Of a stretch of 34,292 bases of DNA, positions 21,751 through 33,090 are shown piece by piece. Numbering within the stretch: position 1 is the stretch's first letter; each line of letters begins with the position of its first letter. The notes beneath the pieces were generated by a model. That model was given only the letters and a program-made list of their open reading frames with translations, was not told where the DNA came from and made no database searches. Position numbers and translations under genes: made by a program. Source of the DNA: Nemertoderma westbladi (taxonomy: Eukaryota > Animalia > Xenacoelomorpha); NCBI GenBank assembly GCA_032718475.1, contig JAUCBJ010001741.1:1-34292 (forward strand). The letters run 5' to 3'.

Positions 21751-24700
21751 CAGTTTCTTCGCATGATAATTGTGCTTACTCCACTGGACAGTTTCTTTGC
21801 CGTGATAATTGTGCTTACTCCACTGGACAGTTTCTTTGCCATGATAATTGTGCTTACTCCACTGGACATTTTTTTGCCATGATAATTGTGCTTACTCCAC
21901 TGGACATTTTTTTGCCATGATAATTGTGCTTACTCCACTGGACAGTTTCTTTGCCGTGATAATCGTGCTTACTCCACTGGACATTTTTTTGCCATGATAA
22001 TTCTGCTTACTCCACTGGACATTTTTTTGCCATGATAATTATGCTTACTCCACTGGACAGTTTCTTTGCCGTGATAATTGTGCTTACTCCACTGGACATT
22101 TCTTTGCCGTGATAATTGTGCTTACTACACGGGACAGTTTCTTTGCCATGGTAATTGTGCTTACACCACTGGACAGTTTCTTCGCATGATAACTGTGCTT
22201 AGTCCATTGGACAGTTTTTTTGCCGTGATAATTGTGCTTACTCCACTGGACAGTTTCTTCGCATGATAATTGTGCTTACTCCTCCTCTGGACAGTTTCTT
22301 TGCCGTGATAAAAGTGCTTACTCCACTGGACATTTCTTTGCCGTGATAATTGTGCTTACTACACGGGACAGTTTCTTTGCCATGATAATTGTGCTTACTC
22401 CACTGGACATTTTTTTGCCATGATAATTGCGCTTACTCCAAGGGACAGTTTATTTGCCGTGATAATTGTGCTTACTCCACAGGGGATTTCTTTGCCGTGA
22501 TAATTGTGCTTACTACACGGGACAGTTTCTTTGCCATGATAATTGTGCTTACTCCACTGGACAGTTTCTTTGCCGTGATAATTGTGCTTACTCCACTGGA
22601 CAGTTTCTCCGCATGATAATTTGCTTACTCCACGGGACAGTTTCTTTGCCATGATAATTGTGCTTACTCCACTAGACATTTTTTGCCATGATAATTGTGC
22701 TTATTCCACTGGACAGTTTCTTTGCCGTGATAATTGTGCTTACTCCACTGGACTTTTCTTTGCCGTGATAATTGTGCTTACTACACGGGACAGTTTCTTT
22801 GCCATGATAATTGTGCTTACACCAGTGGACAGTTTCTTCGCATGATAATTGTGCTTACTCCTCTGGACAGTTTCTTTGCCGTGATAATTGTGCTTACTCC
22901 ACTGGACTTTTCTTTGCCGTGATAATTGTGCTTACTACACGGGACAGTTTCTTTGCCATGATAATTGTGCTTACTCCACTGGACAGTTTATTTGCATGAT
23001 AATTGTGCTTACTCCACTGGACAGTTTCTCCGCATGATAATTTGCTTACTCCACGGGACAGTTTCTTTGCCATGATAATTGTGCTTACTCCACTCGACCG
23101 TTTCTTTGCCATGATAATTGTGCTTACTCCACTCGACATTTTTTGCCATGATAATTGTGCTTACTACACGGGACAGTTTCTTTGCCATGGTAATTGTGCT
23201 TACACCACTGGACAGTTTCTTCGCATGATAATTGTGCTTAGTCCATTGGACAGTTTCTTTGCCGTGATAATTGTGCTTACTCAACTGGACAGTTTCTTCG
23301 CATGATAATTGTGTTTACTCCTCCTCTGGACAGTTTCTTTGCCGTGATAAAAGTGCTTACTCCACTGGACATTTCTTTGCCGTGATAATTGTGCTTACTA
23401 CACTTGACAGTTTCTTTGTCATGATAATTGTGCTTACTCCACTGGACATTTTTTGCCATGATAATTGCGCTTACTCCAAGGGACAGTTTATTTGCCGTGA
23501 TAATTTGCTTACTCCACGGGACAGTTTCTTTGCCATGATAATTGTGCTTACTCCACTCGACATTTTTTGCCATGATAATTGCGCTTATTCCACTGGACAG
23601 TTTCTTTGCCGTGATAATTGTGCTTACTCCACTGGACTTTTCTTTGCCGTGATAATTGTGCTTACTACACGGGACAGTTTCTTTGCCATGATAATTGTGC
23701 TTACACCAGTGGACAGTTTCTTCGCATGATAATTGTGCTTACTCCTCTGGACAGTTTCTTTGCCGTGATAATTGTGCTTACTCCACTGGACTTTTCTTTG
23801 CCGTGATAATTGTGCTTACTACACGGGACAGTTTCTTTGCCATGATAATTGTGCTTACACCAGTGGACAGTTTCTTCGCATGATAATTGTGCTTACTCCT
23901 CTGGACAGTTTCTTTGCCGTGATAATTGTGCTTACTCCACTGGACTTTTCTTTGCCGTGATAATTGTGCTTACTCCACTGGACAGTTTCTTTGCCGTGAT
24001 AATTGTGCTTACACCACTGGACAGTTTCTCCGCATGATAATTTGCTTACTCCACGGGACAGTTTCTTTGCCATGATAATTGTGCTTACTCCACTCGACCG
24101 TTTCTTTGCCATGATAATTGTGCTTACTCCACTGGACTTTTCTTTGCCGTGATAATTGTGCTTACTACACGGGACAGTTTCTTTGCCATGATAATTGTGC
24201 TTACACCAGTGGACAGTTTCTTCGCATGATAATTGTGCTTACTCCTCTGGACAGTTTCTTTGCCGTGATAATTGTGCTTACTCCACTGGACTTTTCTTTG
24301 CCGTGATAATTGTGCTTACTCCACTGGACAGTTTCTTTGCCGTGATAATTGTGCTTACTCCACTGGACAGTTTCTCCGCATGATAATTTGCTTACTCCAC
24401 GGGACAGTTTCTTTGCCATGATAATTGTGCTTACTCCACTCGACCGTTTCTTTGCCATGATAATTGTGCTTACTCCACTCGACATTTTTTGCCATGATAA
24501 TTGTGCTTATTCCACTGGACAGTTTCTTTGCCGTGATAATTGTGCTTACTCCACTGGACTTTTCTTTGCCGTGATAATTGTGCTTACTACACGGGACAGT
24601 TTCTTTGCCATGATAATTGTGCTTACACCAGTGGACAGTTTCTTCGCATGATAATTGTGCTTACTCCCCTGGACAGTTTCTTTGCCGTGATAATTGTGCT

Positions 24701-26870
24701 TACTCCACTGGACATTTTTTTGCCATGATAATTGTGCTTACACCAGTGGACAGTTTCTTCGCATGATAATTGTGCTTACTCCACTGGACAGTTTCTTTGC
24801 CATGATAATTGTGCTTACTCCACTCGACATTTTTTGCCATGATAATTGTGCTTATTCCACTGGACAGTTTCTTTGCCGTGATAATTGTGCTTACTCCACT
24901 GGACAGTTTCTTTGCCGTGACAATTGTGCTTACTCCACTGGACAGTTTCTTCGCATGATAATTGTGCTTACTCCACTGGACAGTTTCTTTGCCATGATAA
25001 TTGTGCTTACTCCACTCGACATTTTTTGCCATGATAATTGTGCTTATTCCACGGGACAGTTTCTTTGCCATGATAATTGTGCTTACTCCACTCGACCGTT
25101 TCTTTGCCATGATAATTGTGCTTACTCCACTGGACTTTTCTTTGCCGTGATAATTGTGCTTACTACACGGGACAGTTTCTTTGCCATGATAATTGTGCTT
25201 ACACCAGTGGACAGTTTCTTCGCATGATAATTTGCTTACTCCACGGGACAGTTTCTTTGCCATGATAATTGTGCTTACTCCACTCGACCGTTTCTTTGCC
25301 ATGATAATTGTGCTTACTCCACTCGACATTTTTTGCCATGATAATTGTGCTTATTCCACTGGACAGTTTCTTTGCCGTGATAATTGTGCTTACTCCACTG
25401 GACTTTTCTTTGCCGTGATAATTGTGCTTATTACACGGGACAGTTTCTTTGCCATGATAATTGTGCTTACACCAGTGGACAGTTTCTTCGCATGATAATT
25501 GTGCTTACTCCCCTGGACAGTTTCTTTGCCGTGATAATTGTGCTTACTCCACTGGACATTTTTTTGCCATGATAATTGTGCTTACACCAGTGGACAGTTT
25601 CTTCGCATGATAATTGTGCTTACTCCACTGGACAGTTTCTTTGCCGTGATAATTGTGCTTACTCCACTCGACAGTTTCTTTGACATGATAATTGTGCTTA
25701 CTCCACTGGACATTTTTTTGCCATGATAATTGTGCTTACTCCACTGGACAGTTTCTTTGCATGATAATTCTGCTTACTCCACTGGAATTTCTTAGCCATC
25801 ATGACAATTGTGCTTACTCCATTGGACAGTTTCTTTGCATGATAATTGTGCTTACTCCACTTGACAGTTTCTTTGCCATGATAATTGTGCTTACTCCACT
25901 GTACAGTTTCTTTGCCATGATAATTGTGCTTACTCCACGGGACAGTTTCTTTGCCATGATAATTGTGCTTACTCCACTGGACAGTTTATTTCCCATGATA
26001 ATTTTGCTTACTCCACATGACAACTTCTTTGCCATTGTAATTGTGCTTACTCCACAGGACAACTCCTTTGCCATTGTAATTGTGCTTACTCCACAGGACA
26101 ACTCCTTTGCCATTGTAATTGTGCTTACTCCACAGGACAACTCCTTTGCCATTGTAATTGTGCTTACTCCACACGACAACTCCTTTGCCATTGTAATTGT
26201 GCTTACTCCACAGGACAACTCCTTTGCCATTGTAATTGTGCTTACTCCACAGGACAACTCCTTTGCCATTGTAATTGTGCTTACTCCACAGGACAACTCC
26301 TTTGCCATTGTAATTGTGCTTACTCCACAGGACAACTCCTTTGCCATTGTAATTGTGCTTACTCCACAGGACAACTCCTTTGCCATTGTAATTGTGCTTA
26401 CTCCACAGGACAACTCCTTTGCCATTGTAATTGTGCTTACTCCACAGGACAACTCCTTTGCCATTGTAATTGTGCTTACTCCACAGGACAACTCCTTTGC
26501 CATTGTAATTGTGCTTACTCCACAGGACAACTCCTTTGCCATTGTAATTGTGCTTACTCCACAGGACAACTCCTTTGCCATTGTAATTGTGCTTACTCCA
26601 CAGGACAACTCCTTTGCCATTGTAATTGTGCTTACTCCACAGGACAACTCCTTTGCCATTGTAATTGTGCTTACTCCACAGGACAACTCCTTTGCCATTG
26701 TAATTGTGCTTACTCCACAGGACAACTCCTTTGCCATTGTAATTGTGCTTACTCCACAGGACAACTCCTTTGCCATTGTAATTGTGCTTACTCCACAGGA
26801 CAACTTCTTTGCCATTGTAATTGTGCTTACTCCACTCGACAGTGTCTTGCCTTGATAATTAATTGTGCTA
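21751..26870. repeat. ~5.1-kb 39-bp satellite filling intron 1 (roughly 130 copies, two subtypes)
   Basis: Subtype A (gataattgtgcttactccactggacagtttctttgccRt; heterogeneous, with shorter variants) runs to ~26015. Subtype B (gtaattgtgcttactccacaggacaactcctttgccatt; ~21 near-identical copies) runs to ~26835. Confidence 0.98.
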
Positions 26871-27055
26871 CAGTTAATACAGATAATAGTCCTAGAGTAA
26901 GTTATTAATAGATTCCGTTTGTTTGTCGGTCCACATACAAATTGTACATGGTTGCTGTTTATATTGCCACAGGCCAGATTCCTTTCCATTTTGGTTTGTG
27001 TTTGTATTTCCACAGGTCATTTTGCTTTCCATAATAGTTCAGTAATTTTCCACAG

Positions 27056-27258
27056 GCCAGATGCTCGGCTTGCCATTAGAATTCCTATCATGGCCCAGTA
27101 AAGGTGGCGGTGGAGTCCTGCAGGGGAGCGCTAGTGATTGTGTCCTTGTTAGCATGCTAACAGCTCGGAGGTTAGCTCTAAATCGACTTCAAAACGCCTA
27201 TCCGGACCAAACCGCAGGTCAACTGTTATCGAAACTCGTTGGGTACTGCTCAATACAG
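27056..27258 (+). CDS. Tdc: Tyrosine decarboxylase-like, exon 2
   Basis: Acceptor ttttccacag| in phase 1 gives WLG-QMLGLP, followed by GGGVLQGSASDCVLVSMLTARR...LVGYCSIQ. Donor CAG|GTAGGT. Confidence 0.93.
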
Positions 27259-27450
27259 GTAGGTATTCTACACATTATGGGCAGTCTGTTACTGTTTAAT
27301 ACAGGTAGGGATGGGATGGGTCGAATTTGTTGGTGGTCATTAAGTCGGAATGGAATGATCCAGAAAATTTTTTTTCACCGACAGATCATATTATTATATT
27401 TTTGGTTATTATTATTATAATAACTTTATATTTGTTATCGCTTTTTTTAG

Positions 27451-27756
27451 GCACATTCTTGTTTCGAAAAAGGTGCTAATATCAGCATGGTTACGTTGCG
27501 CCACCTAGCTACCGATTCAGAGCACAGTCTCCGTGGAGACGTTCTGGAACGCGCCATTCTAGAGGACCTCCGAGAAGGGCTGTTTCCTTTCTACGTAGGC
27601 GCTACACTGGGCACTACCACCATATGTAGCTTCGACAATCTCTGGGAGATTGGCTCCGTGACTCAGCTGTATGGTCTGTGGTTGCACGTGGACGGAGCCT
27701 ATGCAGCATCAGCCTTCATATGTCCCGAATACAGAAGTCACTTAAAGGGAATCGAG
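27451..27756 (+). CDS. Tdc: Tyrosine decarboxylase-like, exon 3
   Basis: Acceptor ctttttttag|; AHSCFEKGA...ATLGTTTICSFDNL...WLHVDGAYAASAFICPEYR..LKGIE; donor GAG|GTTATT. Confidence 0.93.
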
Positions 27757-28096
27757 GTTATTATCATTTACTAGCACATTCAAGAGCTCTAAACTTCAAA
27801 TCTGCGTATTAATATTGGAAACAACTTCAGTCCTGAAAAACTGAATATATATATAGAATAACTAAAAACAGTCACAAAAAGTTCTTCTCTCTAAAGTGTA
27901 TCAATTACTTTTTATGACCCTAACACTAACCCTATACAAATAGTCAATTAGTCAATTATGTACAAATGACAGAAAAATTCTCAAAATTTGCCTTTGTTTA
28001 AATTTCGCGATGGAATTTGTAAGAAAAAATTGCAATCTATATTCTGGAAATGTCGGTAGATAATAAGTAGCGTTATTTGTTTATGTAATTCCTCAG

Positions 28097-28354
28097 AATG
28101 TTCATTCGTTCAATATGAATCCTAACAAGTGGATGTTGGTGAACTTCGATTGTAGTTGTTTGTGGGTCAGGGAAGTTAATCAACTCACGGAAACCTTCAC
28201 TATCGACCCCATCTACCTTCGTCATAAGAACTCACACGTTGCTATGGACTACAGACATTGGGGCATACCTCTTAGTCGGCGGTTTCGTAGTCTGAAATTA
28301 TGGTTTGTTATCCGTTGCTATGGTATCGAAGGGCTCCAGAATTATATTCGTAAG
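28097..28354 (+). CDS. Tdc: Tyrosine decarboxylase-like, exon 4 (contains the PLP-binding lysine)
   Basis: Acceptor ttcctcag|; [21 protein letters not shown]...DPIYL...[26 protein letters not shown]; donor AAG|GTTAGA. Confidence 0.94.
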
Positions 28355-29139
28355 GTTAGAATTTAGATATTAATTATGTAATTTATACTTCTTATTCACC
28401 AAAAAAATCTAGAAAATTATTCTGAGGAATATATGTTTATTCATTGAAATTCTACATAAATAACGCAAGCCAAACAAGAGGAACAGTAGGGACATTTAAT
28501 ATAATGATATACACCCCCATTCGGGGTAATTGAAAATTATATGTTTATATATAAATTAATAAAATATTAATATTAAAAAGTTTTGTTAACGAGCGAGTTC
28601 AGCGAGCGAGGCACTATTGGGACAAGCGAGAACGTGAAATCTGTCGGCTCATGAGAGCCCGCAGAAAGTACAGTTACAATCTCGTGAGAGTTCGTGAAAC
28701 GGTCGGCTATTCAGGCAGATCTTGTGGTGGAACCATAGAGCCGTTGTGCGAGTTATAATATGTCGATGTTTCTGCCCAGGCATTTTCCATCTGTAGTAAA
28801 AGCCAGTTTGTTTATATAATTTTATTGTCGTTCCTTATTTTTGAATGGAAAATTTTTAAACCAGTTTCAATAGTTATTGATAGGAGGGAAAAAATTATAC
28901 AATTCCACTGCAAGGAAATTTCATAATTTCCTTTAATGTTAGGGAATAAATTTTACATATTAAAATTGTAAAATGCTTCCTACTGTCCCGTTTATCTTTG
29001 CTATATGTTAACAATGGATGTAAACCAACTGAAAAGTAAAATTGTTCACTTTTTTGTGATATTAGCAAGATAATGTAGAATGAAAGTTGGATGAATTGCG
29101 AAGTAGTTTTGGGTCCCCCCACTTCTTCGCTAGATTTAC

Positions 29140-29300
29140 TGGACTATCGGCACTCCTTTAGCATAGAGATAGAGCTGCTCGAATCGCTGTTGGTCCGTCC
29201 GTCTGTATGTTTCACTCAATGTCAAAACTCCATATCTAAGCAACGACTTATTCAATTTCAATAAAATTTTCTATAGTTGTATTAAATAAAACGATAGAAC
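29140..29300 (+). mobile_element. Possible fragment of a DINE-1/HINE-like (Helentron-derived) interspersed repeat in intron 4
   Basis: A gtccgtccgtctgtatgt microsatellite is followed by atatct...caatttcaataaaattt, a layout typical of such elements. The ends are not defined. Confidence 0.35.
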
Positions 29301-29682
29301 CCGAATCGTATCAGATAGAAGAACCTCAGCAAAGCAGATTAGAGTTGACCGGCGTGTTTCAAGTGTTTCAGGCTTCCATGTGGGGCATTACCGGTAATAA
29401 TACTGTATGCTAAGGTCATATAGGGGGGAACTGTAACCTGTTATATTGACTTTCGTTTATTGTTTTATTTAGAATAATGCGCCTCAGTAACCTGCTCCTT
29501 TCCCCTAATTTATAATTTAACATTGTGACTATACGCCAAGTCCCCCTCCCCCCCTCTCCCTCATGTCTCGCTAAGGTTCGCTGGATTTGTTTCCCCGAAA
29601 TGATTTATCATATTTGTTCAGTGCAAACAATTTGTTATTAATTTTTATTTCATTATTTTATCCTGTTTTTATATTTTTCTAG

Positions 29683-29784
29683 CATATTTCTCTTGCCAAA
29701 CTGTTTGAGAGTTTTGTTCGATCGGACTCGAGATTCGAAGTTCACGGAAATGTTCGTACTGGTCTAGTTTGTTTCAGATTAAAG
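29683..29784 (+). CDS. Tdc: Tyrosine decarboxylase-like, exon 5 (not in the ORF track)
   Basis: Acceptor atttttctag|; HISLAKLFESFVRSDSRFEVHGNVRTGLVCFRLK; donor AAG|GTAAGT; phase 0 on both sides. Confidence 0.93.
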
Positions 29785-30513
29785 GTAAGTCACTCACATT
29801 ATTGTGGTTGAAAGTTTGGTGGTACTGCAGGGTTGGTTACATAATAGTTTAAATAGAAGTTCGATTTCGCATCAAGTTAAAGGATCGTTGTTGCTACCAG
29901 TTCTTCTTGGGATGATTTATTTTAAGTTTTCCAACTTTTCTTAATGAATTTTCAGTCGTAATAAAACGTGTAAAAAATTAACTACGTATTCCTAACTCCA
30001 CAACACCTGGACTCCTGAAAACGGTCATTAAATATAATAATTACAACAATTTCTTATTTATTTCCTCCAAAATATAAAATAAAAGTATTGCACAATACAT
30101 CTACAAAATTGATTGCTAGGTTCATTGGTGTGAGCTTCCGCTATAGCATAGCTCACCCCTGCATCTGGAGAGTTCTATAATGTTTAAATCTAATTATACA
30201 GATAGGTGGGTGCGTGAAGAATACCAGACTTTCTGCCGTTATATTTCACCCTGCAGTTACCCCCATGTGAAGAATACCAGGTTTTCACCAAAAACACATG
30301 TTACAGAAGGGCTGAATCTAACCAAAACAATAAATTTATCATTATTGTCAAAACGAAGTTGGTGAGAAAACAGGCGGAAATGAATTCAGAGCCTTTAAAA
30401 ACTATAAACGCTGCGGAAATAACCTAACCAGTTAAATTATAAGATTGCGACAACTTAGAGTTATTTTATAGTTATACTGTAAACGCCACAACATTTATTT
30501 TCATCTTTTTAAG

Positions 30514-30738
30514 GGTCCGAATAAACTTACTGAGACTTTACTGGACCTGATTAACGACACGGGGGAGCTGCATATGGTCCCGGGTTCCGTTAAGGGTCGT
30601 TACATCATACGATTCTGCGTCTGCAGTGAGCGAGCCAACAAGTCTCACATGTACTCCGCCTGGGATATAATAACGGACGCCGCCACCGCTGTGATGGAGG
30701 ACAAAGCCCTCGAAGAAGTCCTTATTGTCGATAGACAT
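30514..30738 (+). CDS. Tdc: Tyrosine decarboxylase-like, exon 6 (3' boundary uncertain)
   Basis: Acceptor ctttttaag|; GPNKLTETLLDLINDTGELHMVPGSVKGRYIIRFCVCSE...AWDII. Candidate donors are GTTAGA at 30739 or GTTTAT at 30745; otherwise the frame stays open to 30981. Exons 1-6 total 487 codons with no disabling change. Confidence 0.85.
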
Positions 30739-30745
30739 GTTAGAG

Positions 30746-30962
30746 TTTATTTTATTTTATATTACTTTATATTTTATTATATATTACTTTATATTTTTTT
30801 ATATATTACTTTATATTATTTGATTATATTACTTTATATTATTTTATTATATATTACTTTATATTTTTTTATATATTACTTTATATTTTTTTATATATTA
30901 CCTCATATTTTATATATTTATCATTTATATTTCATATTTAATTTTATTATAATATATTACTT
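30746..30962. repeat. AT-rich low-complexity tract
   Basis: Repeated tatattacttt / tattttat units. Confidence 0.85.
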
Positions 30963-32877
30963 CATTGAAGTAGAAGCTTGATTGAATAATTTGAATAATA
31001 AATGTATTTTATTTATTAATCAAGCACGTTAAGTAAAATCCTTATCGGTAGGTATGTCAGTGCCAAAGTATGTAAAAAACTAAAAAGCAACAAGACCTAG
31101 ATGTTGCATGCAATCAGTGATCAGCTGTCGGCAGCCAGCTGATCGGTAGGTTTCGCCCCGCACCTGAAGGCATTCTCAGGAGGCCAAGCCGAGAAGTGTA
31201 GAGAGAGATTTTGTTAGCGCATTTGATAAAATATGTTCTTTCACTCTCAATTTTCCTATATTGTGACTTCTTTCTGTTACTTAATAAACCATGCAAATTT
31301 CATTTAAATTTAAATTTCATTTCATTTAGTTCGGTACGGTATTTGATTATCTATTGTATTTAACAGAGATATGATACCGGGAGGGTGTGGCAACACAGTA
31401 CAAGTAAATGACTGACTAATTAATTCTGTAAGGACTCAAGTCTGGCAACTGTGTTTCCCTTTAGAGGAAACGTATTGTAACAAGTCTTTTGGTCTAATTA
31501 TATTGATATCGCTACAGTATTCAATTTGTGACAACTCTCAATCGTGATGTAATTAATAATAAGAGCTTTGCTTATATTAATGGTCTGAAATATCGCCATA
31601 TATTAATTATTTAGTAAAAGTCAGAGATATGACAGCACACAAATCTGATACAATTGTCCAGATTATCACTGATACTTAATTACAGCAACCCACCTGTTGT
31701 GGCGCGTGTAAAACTTTCTTGATTCTGTAATATCGGCGATATATTAAGCAAATAATAATGACAAATTGAATTTACCAGTAGAATATCCAATATAACGATA
31801 AATAATTATAATTCAATTATTAACTCTTTAAGTTTAGACCTTAGGCCTGTAATAACCACCAGTCAATTAAACTTGACCGGGGATCAGTGCCTCTGCATGG
31901 GCAATACGACTTCTTCTGTCCAACAATAACAAAAAGAGTGAATCAACCACAGAACTAATCGTACTTATATATCAGCTTATCAGTAAGGAGCATAGCCAAT
32001 AAGGTGGATCCTTATACAGGCCGTATACAAGCTGGATATGCAGATAATGGCACTAGATGGCGTCAAAACCCTCAACAAAGAATTATCCAACAGAAATAGC
32101 CAATATTATATCGTAACCGACTTTATCAATATAAAATGGTGTTTTGAGCTTAAAATTAGTAAAATAAGTAATCTAAAAGGCTAAGTTCACACGTGCAGCA
32201 ACAGATTGATTTCCAAAGGGGGACGGGGGTAATTATGTCCAATGAAATGTTTAGAATGCACACAGCCCCGCTGAAAATTATGTTGCAAGGGTTTTCCGGT
32301 TCGGGGATTTCATTTCTAAAGTTAGTTTACTCATTTGACAGAGTCATATCTGTCTGTCATTGCTGTCTGTCTGTCCAGTCACAATATAACCGAAGGCTGA
32401 ACAGACAAACAAACAATGTGGATGACATCAAAAACGAAAACTGACATTAGAAATGAAATCAACAACCATGAAAACCCCCATGACAAAAATTCCTACTACT
32501 TTGACAAACAGATCGTTGGACAGACAGAAAAACCGACAGACAGACATAGAAACAGTACAGTTTTCGTCAAAAGTGAAAACTGAAATTTGGGATAAATCAG
32601 TGACCAGGAAAACTCCGATAACATAACTTTTATCTAGTTGGAATGCTTTCCTTAAAGAATGTTTTTGTTATATTGTCACGGACAAACCGTCAAAAACACA
32701 ATCCCAGGAAGACAGTTTTCACAGACTTTAACACAGAGTAAGGTTAACTAACATCATCACTAATAACTTTTGAACTTCATTAGCTATTAACAAACGGTTT
32801 GAAGTTTTGAAATCCTCATAAAAATCTGCACCAGGGGGATTGGAAATGAAAATCGATTTTTTTGTACTGAATTAGTC

Positions 32878-32879
<2 letters not shown>

Positions 32880-32908
<29 letters not shown>
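32880..32908. repeat. Poly-C run (29 nt)
   Basis: Read directly from the sequence. Confidence 0.95.
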
Positions 32909-33090
32909 ACAAATAATTGAGTGAAACAAAAGTTCAAAGAATAAGGTAAATAAATGTATGAAATCTGCAGAGATTGTTAATGTCCTGCAGATAATCTATT
33001 ATAGATCTCTTTAACTTTCTACTGCTTACGACCTACTTCGGATCGGTAAAAAATATGAAGGAGTATAGGACGGTAGGTGCTAAAATGCAC

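Noticed and set aside
21751-26015. X-box-like ttgccatgataa in the 39-bp satellite
   Set aside because: It lacks the terminal G and C and usually the RGY half-site, so it is too degenerate to call.
22078-27013. ORFs up to 399 aa in the 39-bp satellite
   Set aside because: They are open on both strands because the unit is 13 codons, lie inside an intron, and use non-ATG starts.
28588-28760. GC-richer patch in intron 4 as an extra exon or ncRNA
   Set aside because: Exons 4 and 5 join in frame with nothing missing. It is probably a repeat fragment but cannot be classified by eye.
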